64,000 nucleotides of DNA from Selaginella moellendorffii (taxonomy: Eukaryota; Plantae; Lycopodiophyta), in contig NW_003314264.1 of assembly GCF_000143415.4 (NCBI RefSeq), positions 1,566,733-1,630,732 of the forward strand, written 5' to 3'. How positions within the stretch are numbered: position 1 is the first letter of the stretch; the number at the start of each line of letters is the position of its first letter. Below the pieces are notes generated by a model. The model did no database searches and had not been told where the DNA came from. It saw nothing but the letters and a program-made list of their open reading frames with translations. A program made the position numbers and the translations under genes. This document shows positions 38,223 to 50,521 of the stretch, in pieces.

Positions 38223-39991
38223 CTAATACGGGTCAAGAGGTGAAAGCCCAAAGCATGCATCTCCCGGGGGGGGGGTTGCAGAGGGTTCCAAAAGTATAGT
38301 AGGGATAGTGAGGTTCAGGAACCAGTCTTGAAGGAACTCTCCAGTGGTGCTTCCAAACTGACTTGAGGTTGAGACTAGGGCCAAAGGGCCTTGGGTGGGA
38401 GTGAGCATGGACTCCAGTGGTGCCGGAGGGGCCACCCAAGGAAGTGCTCAAGAGCAGCTCCCACTCTTGAAAAGGAAACCGACTGCGATGCTCCTGGCTC
38501 ATGTGGAGTGGTGCCCCATTTGAGTACCTTGTGGCTCATTGGTCCTTGCCCTTCCTAGGGGCTTGGGCCTTCTCTTTAGGATAAAAGTGGGGAGAGGTAC
38601 CCATACTGGGCCGTTAAGCCATGGTGTTTCGCCTCGGCATCCCGAAGCAAGTGTTGCACCCAAGGCTTGGGATTTAGAGGGTCCCATGATCAAATCTTGT
38701 TGTACCAAGGGGTGTTAGGAACCTGGAGGCTTGGTGTGCTTGGCTGCTTGTGCCTGTGGGGAGTGTAGCCGAACCTTAAGTCCAATCTAACCCGGGGAGG
38801 GGGATTGGGAGAGATTTGGGAATCCATAGATGGATGGCTAACACTCTATTGCTCGTGCAGTGAGTAGCTGAAACCAAGTAGGACCAAGTAGGAGTTGGTA
38901 CAATAGGTGGGAACTTTAGCGAGGGAACTTAGCAAAAGCCAAGGCTGTGTCAGTTGGATAGACGAGCTAGCTAGCAAATTGGAAAGGAAAAATTTGTGGC
39001 TTACAATTTGGTATCAGAGCCTTTTCCTTAGTTCTAGTGAAAGATAGAGGTGGATTGCTGAGAGATGGCAAAGGCAGGGCAGAAACAAACCAAGGCGGAG
39101 ATAGAACCTCTGCCAAAGCTGGAGCCTTTGGTTGAACAAGAGGCTATGGATGAGGAATCATTGCATGAGGAGGACTCCAATGAGGAAACTTCTAAACAGG
39201 AGTCCGGTGGCGAGGTTCGATCGTTCAAGGCTCGATTGGACGTTCTAGAAGGACAATTGGCACAGACCAATGCCCTGCTGGAGACTCTTGTATGCAAGCT
39301 AAAGCATGATGAGAAGTGGAAGAAAAAGTAATAGACTGCAGATGCTGGTAGCGCAGAAAGTGCGGACCCTTCAGTAGGGATTGAGGCAGAACCAAACAAG
39401 GTTGAACAGACCGAAGTGGAATCAATCCCTCAGGCCATTCCCAAGTACAAACCAAAGCCCCCACCGGTCTTCAAGGGAGTGAACAACTATAAGGTGGTGG
39501 AGGATTGGTTTTAAGATATGGAGGACTACTTTCGAGTGTTGTGGTTACCAAGCTCGGAGAAGGTCTTATATGCAAAACCATACTAATGCCAAGTCTTGGT
39601 GGAGAACGATGGAGGCCAACGAAGGACCGGTTGCCACTTGGGAAATGATGAAGGCGAGGATCTATGCAACATACGTTCCTCTGAATGCTACTTTGCACCT
39701 AAGGGATAAGCTGAGTAGGCTGAAGCAGACCGAAACCATTCAAGAGTATGTGAATGGATTTATGGCAAAGAGGATACTAGTCACATATATGGGTGATATG
39801 GATGCGTTCCATGCCTTCATATCAAGCTTGCAAACCTGGGCTTGCGGCGAGGTGATGCGTTGGAACCCGACCAATTATAAAGAAGCGTTAGATGCGGCTA
39901 TCAAGGTGCATTTTAACGATAACCTGTGAAAGGGGAACACGATGGGGTCAGAGTCCACCTTTAGCAAGGGGCCAAACCAAGGGGAACATAT

Positions 39992-40185
39992 TGTAAGTAA
40001 CCAAAGGGAACGACTCGAGAGACGGTCCATGGGGTTCAAATATAGAGGGAAAGGGCCCATGAATAAGAGTGCACCCCCTTTTCCAATTGATTAAGGGTCT
40101 TGGGATACTTGGGGTTAAGCGTCCTTGGGTTTGAATAGTATTGGGCTAGGTGACCTCCCGGGAAGTCCAAATTCAGGAGTTTACA
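39992..40185 (+). mobile_element. Solo LTR of the Cassandra-like TRIM inserted in family B gag
   Basis: 194 bp, TGTAA..TTACA, TSD CATAT. The empty site is seen in the second B copy near 53070. 5S-like segment at 40114-40168. Confidence 0.9.
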
Positions 40186-43100
40186 CATATAGCAAAGGGA
40201 AATTCAAGAAGAGTTTCTCTCAAAAATGAGTCCTCGAGATTCTGGAAAAGCAGATCCAGTGGCCAGCGACTGAGTACATGGGGGAGTCAAGCAAAAAGAG
40301 ACAAACCCACGGATAAGAAGGTCAAGTCATTTAGCAGTGTGGGAAACAATGTATGCTACAGCTGCGGTGAAGCGGGACACTTTTCAAGGGAATGTCCCTA
40401 CCCGAAGAAGGCCGGGTGAAATCCAAACTGAGGTATGTGATCCAATCCCTAGCTCAAAGTTACTCATTACATGAGCAACTTTGGTAGAGAGTCGTTTGCG
40501 ACATCTACTAGCCCTTCGAGGGAAGCTTGGAGGTAGCTTTGTTAAGATCCTTATTGACACGGGTGCTTTAGATAATTTTATAGCTGTAGACATAGTTCAG
40601 CAAGCCGGACTAACGGTGTAGCGGTTGGGTGAACCAAGGATGATAGAGTTTGTTCAAAGTAGCCAAAGCACCGATGAGATACTTTGACAAGTGAAAGTTA
40701 AAGTAGGGATATGGAAAGTAGACATGGATTTCACTGTGTTGGACATAGTAGGATTTGACCTAATCTTCAAGATGGATTGGTTCAATCGGTTCGTAATGGC
40801 CCTGCATGGACAAGGGAGGAACCTTGTGGTACTGGCGAATGCTCGGGGAAAACGATCCAAGGTGGAGGCTTAGAATCTAAAGGTAGGACAATGTAAGGCC
40901 AAAGACTCCTGCTTAAACATGGTGTCCATGAGAGGACAACTCACTAAAGGAACCAAGGTAGCATTTTTGTGATTACTCTCAGTGAAAAATGACAAAAAGA
41001 CGGGAATGGAAGAAGTACCTTTAGTGATCTAGGGGGTGTTGGACCAATTCCAGGATACCATGCTAGAGGAGCTACCGGCAGGGTTGCCCCCCGCACGACC
41101 GATAGAACATAAAATTGAGCTAGTCGAGGGTGCTGAGGCGGTGGTTCATCCACCCTATTGTTTGAATGTAAAGGAACTCAAGAAGCTCAAGCGCCAACTA
41201 GAGGAGTTGATGGACAAAGGGTATGTTAGGTTGAGCAAGTTGCCATATGGGGCACCAGTGTTATTTGTGAAAAAGAAAAATAGATCTATGCGCATGTGCA
41301 TAGATTACCGATTGCTCAACAAGTATACAAAGAAGAACAAGTACCCTTTGCTAAGGATTGAGGACCTGTTTGATAGGTTGGGAAAATCAAAATACTTCTC
41401 AAGGATTAACCTAAGGTCAGGATACTAGTAAATCAGGGTAGTAGAGGAAGATGTCGAGAAGACAACCTGTCAAATAAGATATGGGAGCTTTGAGTTTCTG
41501 GTGATGTCCTTCGGGCTATGCAATGCATTGGCAACGTTTTTAGCATTGATGAACCACATCTTTGTACTCTATCTAGATCAGTTTGTAGTCGTTTATATTG
41601 ACGACATCCTGATCTATAGCAAAACACTAGAGGAGCATGCCAAACACTTGATGAAGGTGTTTGAGAAACTAAGGGAATACTAGCTGTATGCTAAAGAGGG
41701 AAAATGTGACTTTGCTCAATAAGAGGTAAAATTTCTTGGGCATGTGGTGGGCAAGGATGGGCTCAAGGTGGACCCTGAGAAGGTCCAAGCGATCCAGGAT
41801 TGGGAGCCACCATTGAATGTACACGACTTAAGGGCATTCTTGGGGCTATGCAACTACTATCGAAAGTTTATCAAACACTATTCGAGAGTAACCCTACTCT
41901 TAACGGACCAAACGGGAAAAAAGAAGATGGTATGGACAGTAGAATGTGAGGCTGCATTTGTCCACCTCAAAAGGAAGTTGAAGAAGGCTCCCGTGTTGGC
42001 GTTACCAGACTTTAGTAAGGACTTTGAGGTACAAATGGATGCTTCGGACTTTGCATTGGGTGCAGTTTTGAAGCAAGACAACCATCTAGTAGCGGTCTTC
42101 TCGAAAAAGTTGGAAAAAGCTCAACGAAAGTGGCCTACCCATGAGAAGGAATTGTTTGCGGTGGTCAAAGCACTCAAAGAGTGGCAGCACTACCTTGGGA
42201 GACACTGTGGACACGGACAATGTGGCAACGGACAATGTGGCAACGAAACACTTCTTGTCACAGCCCGATCTGAGAGGGAAACAGGGTCGGTGGGCCAATG
42301 CTTTGGCCGAGTTTGATTGCGAGATTCTGTACAAGCCTGGGAAGAGTAACATCGTGACGGATGCGCTAAGTTGAAAAGCAAGCTTGAAGTTAGCGATATC
42401 TAGCGCGACATCAAGCTTTTGGGATGATGTGCGGACAGCATATGAGAACGATGGTCTAGCACAAGAAGTGTTGCTGAGGAATCTAGAGGCACGGGAAGCT
42501 CACTAAAGAGGTGAGCTGCCAATAGAAGAGAAAATGGGCCATGCGGAATGCAATGGACTCATATATTACAAACAAACGAGGGTGTACATTTCAGAAGGGG
42601 AACTAAGGAAGGTAGCCTTAGAAGAGTGTCATGATGGACCTTTTGCGGGACATGGTGGAGTGCCCAAGACGATGGGCTTACTCAAGAGGAAGTATCACTG
42701 GCCAGATATGGCTAAGGATGTCCAAGACTATGTAAAGACATGCCCAACATGTCAGTAGGTCAAAGCTGTGACTAAGGCGAGTGGGGGCTTGTTACAAAGC
42801 ATCCCAATTCTAGATCATCCGTGGAAATGTCTTACAATGGACTTCATCACGGGACTCCCCCTAAGCGAAGGGTTTGATGCGATATTTGTGGTGGTGGACC
42901 GATTTTCGAAGATGGCACATTTCATACCGACCACAACGGAATTGGATGCGGAAGGTGTGGCAAAGCTATTCTTCGAACAAGTGGTTCGAGTGCGGGGAAG
43001 GCTAGAAGAGATTATCTTAGATCGAGATAAAATCTTCACTAGTAGGTTCTGGAGAACTCTCCTAGAATAGTATTGCACCAAGTTGAAATTCAGCACAGCC

Positions 43101-43469
43101 TATCACCCACAGACAGGTATTGGGTATTGATGGCACTAACACTTCTTGACAGATAGACAAACAGAAAGGGTGAATAGGCAGTCGGAGGATTATTTGCGAT
43201 GCTATGTCTTAGGAGACCAGATCGATTGGGTAAGTCATTTGGGACTTACGGAAATGTGTTATAACAACTCACCATATTCGAGTATCGGGGTGAGTCCATG
43301 GGAAGTCATCAATAGGTGAGCTATTGAAGGTCCTGTGGAACTCGGCGTGGCCGAGTATTATGGAGAGTTACCCGCAGTGGAGGCATTCACGGCAGAAAGA
43401 CTTAACATTTGGAATCTAGTGAATTTATATATTAATATTTATTTATAAATATATCAAATTCAAATACAA

Positions 43470-44975
43470 TACTAATAACTAGTTATTTTCCAATATCTTT
43501 GATTCCTCTATGCATTTGAATGTTAAACATTAATTTCTTGAGAAAAGTGAGATTGTTATTATAGTTGTAAAGTGTTCATTTCAAATTTAAAGCCTATTTC
43601 AACTAAAGCATAAAGCTCCAAATTCATCAATTTCACCTAAATAACCAAATATATAGTTTATTTTTTGGTGTTTGGATTATTGATATTGCACAGCCCATGT
43701 GTGCAGAACTTTAGTAGGACATAACCATATGAATTGATCACATTGTTTTGGAGGATTGCCATATTGTTTTCATCTACAAAAACAATCAGCTAGAGTGTGT
43801 AAAGTTCATATAATAATTTGCTTACCACATAATATTCCTCTAATTCAAACAAAATATTTGACTGTAGAACTTGCTCTAGGTTGACATATAGCTCACTAAA
43901 TCTTATGAATATTTTGTTCTTTGACCTAGAAGTAGCTAAACTTTTAATTGCTCAAAAACATTGGTCCTCTATGTTCTATAGTTACATACTCATACCTGGG
44001 ACGGTGGAAGTTTCTTGATTGCATAGGCTCACTTACTCATTGTTTTCTTCTGATAGTTTTTAAGGTTCTCAATTGGTTTTATTGTAAATTAAATTCCAAT
44101 AGCATTTAAAGGTGATCCCATCACTTTGTGAGGTTGTAACCAAGAGGTTGTGTCAATGTTATAATAAATAAACATCTCACCAAATCTTTAAAATTATATA
44201 TATTTTATTATAACTTAGCCTTTTATATAAGAGTGCATAAAGGTCTATTGTAAGGTAGAGATACCAAATCATTCTAGAAAGTTTTATATTAAAATATGCA
44301 TTTAGAGCAACTTGTTTTCAATAGTGGGTAGCAAGTATTTTAAAACTCATTTAATAAAGAAAGAGAATTAATAAAGAAATCAATGCCTGTAGTTCTTTAT
44401 CTGAGAAATAATTAAAGTCTTTAAATGTAGAAAACAATTAAACCACTGTGCTAACTAAGTCTGTAATTCTAAACTTGTATTCCATGTAAACATTACCTTC
44501 AACCCACTAAAATGTATAAACTTGTATTACTTATTTAAATCTTCTAAAGTGTTTATACTTTTTAAACTCTAGCACAACCAATTGTGATTATCATGGCATT
44601 CACCTCAAATGCATTTCTCTATGTGTTTATGTAACTCTACTCTTAATAGAGAAAGCAACTCCTCTTTCAAATAATTAAAACTTTATTTTTGCCACCATTA
44701 TAGATAATTTTAATACTTCCTCAATTTTTTTGTGCTTCATTACTCATGAAACTGTAAAGCATTTGTGGTGTTGAAAATTTTATTTCAACTTGATATTTGT
44801 TGTTCAAAAAAGAACTTAAAATGACATTTCTTTCAAATAACTATCACCATTAAAGATTATACTCTATATAAAAGGATTTTCTAATAAAGAAAGCTTAAAT
44901 AAAGGAGTTCACAAAAATATTTTATACACTGAAGAATATTCTATTAAGGTTTTAGCTGTAATATTTTTATTAAAC
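43470..44975 (+). repeat. AT-rich segment duplicated at about 61450-62954
   Basis: Collinear high identity over about 1.5 kb; no identifiable protein. Confidence 0.9.
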
Positions 44976-47059
44976 AGGTATTTAAAAATTAGTAATTTAA
45001 GCATCTAATCTTTATGGGTAATAATTGCTATTTGATAGATTTTTTCATTATCACCTAATTTAGAATTTAAATTATTATTTTAATATCTAATAATTAGTAC
45101 TTATACTAAATATTAAACTTATATATCTATATTATGTTTTCATTACATTTTTAGTGTAATTATTAAAAAATTCCCTATATTGTTTTCTCATAGATAAAAT
45201 TTATTTTAATTTTAAATACAATATCAATATCTTTTTTTTCACCTCATATTCAGATGTTATAATGAATCCAGAAATTAAAATTTGGATCCATCCTATGCAA
45301 ATGATAAAATATTCTAGAATTTTAACATTTAAAGAATTATGTTTAATTGCAACTTTGTTGTAAAGCTTTCTATTTACAGTATCACTTCCATAACTGAGAA
45401 TTATATACTCGTGCTGATGGTATTGCTGTTTGATGTTGATCTTTTACTTTTAATTATAATGCTTTTGAGTATGTTGTCTTTGCTTTCTTTGACCAAGTAT
45501 TTGTAATCTCATACATTTGTTGTTTCTTGTCTACTAATATGAAATTAAGAAATATTTAAAGAACTTGAATTGTAATTATAAAGTTTGTATATATGTACAA
45601 GGCATGGTTGAAAGAAGAATATAACATCTAAGCTACAATAAAATCTTGGAGAAAATTAAGTCCCATATATACTAATGAAAAAATTCTATATACTAACATA
45701 AATACGTTTGTGAATAGGCTTATGTAGATTTAAACTCACCAAAAACTATAAATCTATAATTTGTTTGCATAAGCAAACCTGTAGCAGTATTGACTATATT
45801 TAAATATGCTTGGAGATTCTAGGATATTTTAATAGCTAATAGTTGTTGTTCATTTAGATTAATCTTTCTATTTATAATTTATAATCTTTCCTAAACACTT
45901 TCTAGTATATTCTTGTTTATTCTACTAATTGAATAATATTAATCTTGACTCATAAATTATAAATATGTTTATAACCATTGATCAATTAAAATACTCAATG
46001 AATGATACTAAGTATTGTCTCTCATATTTTTTATCCTTCACCATGGTGTGCCAGCTAAGATCCTTTTGCGTCTTTTCAGGTACCATCTTTGTTTGGGTTT
46101 CATGGACGGCTCCGTCAACCTTGCATCACACTCTTTCCTTGCAAAGTTTACCAACCTCCCGAGAAAAGCTTTTCTCTCGTTGAGCAAGCATGCTGAGTAG
46201 TGGATTCCATCCAAATTTCTCTCCCAGATCTGTGAGTGGAGCCTCTTCTCTGCTAAGTCACTGTGTGCCTTGAGCGCCACCATGAAAGTCTGAGCGTTTG
46301 GCTGCTGGCTTGCTCATAGCACTCAAGAGCAAAGGTTGTTCTCAGCATATCCCAGGAAACAATGTTTTGCTACACCATGCAAAGTCTCAGCGTTTGGAGG
46401 CAGGCCAGCTTCTCGTTGCATCTGATAGAAGACGTGCTGTCCCATGATGATCGTGTTCCAGGCAACCAACGTCATGTTTATTTGTCCTCCTGAACACTTC
46501 TGATGCTTCCACGAGGCTGCTTACAACGAATTTGAATTTGCGAGGTAGACCAACCTATCCTGTTCTTCGTCCCATCCTGTTGAACAACCTGTGTTGCAAG
46601 CCGCAGTGTAGACTTCGACCATACTTTCACAATTGCACTTGCTTGAATGATGCTCTTGACTCTGGAGAAACTTATCTGGCCGCTATGCCCTGCACTGCTT
46701 CTTCTCATCGGAGCGCCTGCAAGAACACAGAGCAAAAGTAGTACGTTACCTTTTCTCAAACCTTTCGTCTCAAGAAACTTCTCTGGCCTTTGGAGGTGCA
46801 CTAACGTCTGCTCCCCCGTCACTCTAGAGGATAGCTCAGTCAAATCGAAACTTGGTAGTTTCTTGCTCTATTTTCCAGTCCATGTTCCAAGCCACCTGTG
46901 CAATAACTTCCAAGTCTGGTGACTTCCACCAGTTGACCCTTGTATGTGATCTTCACTGTCCGTGAGCAAGAGCCTGCTGTCTTCTTGCTCTGCAACTTCA
47001 TCTCCTTGAAGATTGTTTGTACACAATCTTCCATGTGACAACGCATGCACTGTGCTGAC

Positions 47060-47797
47060 TTACGCGTCACTGCCAGTGTTGGCAGGACACTTTGAGGAGA
47101 ATCCTAGAGTGCCATTGCTGTGTGAACCACGAGTGTGAGCTTCCAGCTGTTTCTTCTCAGTCGGAGGATCGTCCACCACAACTTCGATCTGCCACCCGGG
47201 ATCCTGAAAGATCACATTACTGCGCTGCTTCCTTCGAGATAACATCCATCGCACGAGCAAAAAGCACGCGAGCAGCACCAAGATCGCAACCAAAACCCAG
47301 AGAAGAAGCTGGAGCAGCGACCACGGCGTCCTCCGAACCACTGTAACTACTGCTGCGGGTGTTGGTGTGGCCACTGCTGCGTCGTGACTGTCGCGACGAC
47401 GGTGGTGGTGGTGGTGGTGGTGGTGGTGGTTGTGGCGTCCTCCATGGTGGTGACCATGGTGATGGTGGTGAACAACCAGAGGAGCTCCATCACTGTGATG
47501 ATGATGGTACACTGCTGCTGCTGGAGCTGGATGGTGGTGGCGAGCATGATCGAGGATAGCAGGCGCTGGAGCTAGGTGAGCAGGGTGGCCGTGAGCAGGG
47601 TGAACGAAAGCAGCTGGCGCTGGGGCTCGATCTTGAAGAACTGGAGCTAAAGCTGGCGCTGGCTCGTGGCCTTGGTGTCCATGGTGGTGTGCTGGATGTG
47701 CTGGAGCTCGTGGGTGTGAAGCTCGGTGATGGCCGCCATGCCAGGGCGCTTGAGCTCGGCGGGCAAGCATTGGGGCGGCGTGAGTGCCAGAGACCAT
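47060..47797 (-). CDS. Paralog of the His/Pro/Ala-rich membrane protein
   Basis: 245-aa ORF; differs from 35145-35903 by in-frame indels and a few substitutions. Confidence 0.65.
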   Translation of the reverse strand: MVSGTHAAPMLARRAQAPWHGGHHRASHPRAPAHPAHHHGHQGHEPAPALAPVLQDRAPAPAAFVHPAHGHPAHLAPAPAILDHARHHHPAPAAAVYHHHHSDGAPLVVHHHHHGHHHGGRHNHHHHHHHHHRRRDSHDAAVATPTPAAVVTVVRRTPWSLLQLLLWVLVAILVLLACFLLVRWMLSRRKQRSNVIFQDPGWQIEVVVDDPPTEKKQLEAHTRGSHSNGTLGFSSKCPANTGSDA

Positions 47798-48860
47798 GGC
47801 TTACCTGACGAGAGCTTCGACAATAAAAAAATCCAAGCAAGAAAGATTATAACCTAACCCTTGACTTAGAAAAACTTTTGGCTTTGTGAAAAAAAAAAAC
47901 GCACTAACATAACCTTAACCTAGTTAAAAACAATTTTAGGTAATTGATATAAAATTACAGTTAAAACCAGATAAAAATGCCATTAAAAACTATCATAGTG
48001 AGGGAAAATTCAAGCTTCCCTCAATAAACTCATAATAAAAAGATATATGTATGATCAAAATACATAAAATCAAGGAGTTAGGATGTCATCTGATATATTT
48101 ATCTACCTCTAATTTACCTCTAGAAATGTGATATCTAAGAATAAAAAATTAAAAAAAAACAAGGGAAACACCAAGTTTTAAATATAAGTTTCAATGTGGC
48201 TTTTAACTTCAATGTAGAAGATCATATTGACTAGTGTATAACATCAATTCTCTAAGAACCAAAAATATAAAACATAACGAAAACTATATAATTTTAATGT
48301 ATCTAGATTATTTAGATCTACAATCATTGCATTTATAAATCTTTTCAAGATGTAGTCATTCACACAATATCCTTTATAAGAATTCTATCTTTATACTTAT
48401 TCGGTTTAAGTACACTAGAGATAGTAAACTCGAGAGCTAGTGACGCTGTGGATTGTCAGCAAGGGTGCCATCGGGCTTGAGCATGCCAAAGAGCCAAAAC
48501 CTAGATGTGAACAGCGATTTAATCTCACAATCACGAAATGCTCTAGGTACAAATATTTCAAAAAGAGAAAACAACTTTAATTTGATGGCAACTCCTTTTT
48601 AGGCTCAATCCTAATGTAGTGAACAAAACTTTTTTACTCGCTTTTCAAACCTCTGGAAACTTGGCACTCATTGAATGCAAGTCATGGTGGAGACACAAGC
48701 CATCAGCGTGCACAAACTACTTCCTTTTGAAAAAAAGTGGGAAAAAGAAACACAAGATAAATGTCTATCCATTGCTGTTAACTGTGCAACATCCATCCAT
48801 AGCTCCCTCAACACCAGTAAAATCGGTCAAAACAGGAATGAACCAATAATCAAACATATT

Positions 48861-48933
48861 TGGAGATACTGGGTATTGATCCCGGTGCCTCTCGCATGCT
48901 AAGCGAGTGCTCTACCATCTGAGCTACATCCCC
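48861..48933 (-). pseudogene. tRNA-Ala(AGC) duplicate, likely pseudogene
   Basis: As 36438-36510 plus two further G>A changes, one in the T loop/B box (GATCAATA). Confidence 0.7.
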
Positions 48934-49790
48934 TTAGCAAAGAAAGGGGAATGCTAATCTTTTCTCTTTACCATTCTAATACTCATCCTTGGAGATTCTG
49001 GCATCTTTTGTTGCATTTCAAGAGCCTTTTGAGTGATGAGCTTTGGAAAGACCACCATGTCCAGCAGGTTTCTATAGGCAAGCAGCTGCATCTGCAGGCA
49101 ACCATAAAGAATGTTACTAATGTTTATAATAATAATACATAATATAGTAATAGTTTTCACAAGAGGAGGACGAAAAGAGAGTGTTATTCAAGAGGATGAG
49201 TAAAGCAATACAAATCAATTGGTTAAACACTAATATTATTTGGTATTTTGGTTTGCTAGTAAACATATTTAGCTACATAATTGTATAGCTAAAAGTTTTT
49301 TAAAATGAGTAACTTTTTTTTCTTACAAAATTTCAAAATTGGAAACGTCACCTTTACATTCTTTCAAAGTTTAAATGCATTTGCTTTTGGTGTCTCATAG
49401 CCTCTGAACAAACAAATAGAGATATTGGGCACGCTTGATCAATTCAAAGAAACTATATATTAAAAGCTTACTAGGTGATGGATTTTGATTCAAGGTGGCC
49501 TCTCTCCATTCCTTGTATTCTAAGCATGTTGTCCTACCTGGATCTTGTATAAAAACCAAACTAATGCCTTTAAAACTTGTAAGTTGTAACAAGGAAATCA
49601 ATGCCTTCCTATTGACCTCAAAACTTAATGTACTTCTAAGCATGTCTGCTAATAAAGAGAGCCAGCTCAACAAAAGAAGTCATTGAGAAAATTTTAAAAA
49701 TATTTTGGTACGCTAAAGAATATTTTCGTAATGTTTTAGTGGCAAACATGTATTTTAAACAAAATAGTAATTTAAATAATATCTAGATCT

Positions 49791-50520
49791 TGTGAGGTCC
49801 AAGTGTACGACTACAATGCCGTATACTAATATTAGTGTAATGGGACCACTCGCTCCTATATATAAATTAGGGTTTTTGGGTTAATTAATATGCATATTTT
49901 CTATATCCCTTTCCATATTCCACACATTCACATTGGTGGAGATATAAGGCACTTTTAATTATTTTTGAAAAGTGCTTGAATTTGGGATTTTGGTCTAAAT
50001 GTAACTTTTACATTATCCAAATCTAGCTTTTTTCATTTCCTTTCTTTTGTTTTTTCTTTTCAAGATTTAGTTTTTTGCATTGTCTAGATCTCCCTTTCCT
50101 TTTAGCCTTTTTTCATCTCTCTTCTTTTTCTCTTTTCTTTTCATTCATCTTGATGGCAGATCAGCAATCTCTTCCTCCTTTGACTCTAGAGTAGCAATTG
50201 GTACAATTGCTTGATGCTATGTGATTGTAATTGAACAACCAAACTTATAGCACGTAGTACAACTCCTCCTGTTCTTGGTGCCAATCCTTGCATTTAGCCG
50301 GAGTTCTTTCACGGGAATCCTAGGGATGATGTGTACTATTGATTTGATCACTTCACGGTGATTGCCATATATCATTCTTGGGATAATGCTTCACGTTTGC
50401 GTGAGTTTCCCACATATCTTCAAGGGACGGCATTAGAATGGTACAATGGTTTAAGCACAGCCACTTGTAGGGATTGGAGTGTTCTTTTGGACGTCTTTAA
50501 ACATGGATTTGGACATGTTG
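49791..50520 (+). mobile_element. Decayed family A 5' LTR and gag
   Basis: IAIYHSWDNASRLREFPTYLQGTALEWYNGLS matches the intact gag. Confidence 0.9.
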
Positions 50521-50521
50521 A

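Larger units (their letters stand above)
37855..43420 (+). mobile_element. Ty3/gypsy family B (chromovirus-like RT), 3'-truncated, with stops and frameshifts
   Basis: 5' LTR 37855-39005 (TGTAAG..CTTACA); PBS TGGTATCAGAGCC (tRNA-Met) at 39009-39021; gag from 39065 with CYSCGEAGHFSREC; protease LIDTGA; [18 protein letters not shown]; RNase H DASDFALGAVL; integrase GHGG..CPTCQ, MDFITGLP. Confidence 0.92.
45800..50300 (+). repeat. Tandem segmental duplication unit, copy 2
   Basis: Matches 33871-37854 apart from about 540 extra bp (47902-48442) and small indels. Confidence 0.95.

Noticed and set aside
37887-38299. Repetitive ORFs (ESEI/DSIS/SPRS), also at 23319-23852 and 54786-54971
   Set aside because: By-products of the 12-bp LTR satellite, open in several frames; not genes and not a CRISPR array (no unique spacers).
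40114-40168. Stand-alone 5S rRNA gene
   Set aside because: Only the internal 55 nt or so are present, inside an LTR with a TSD; no 5S termini.
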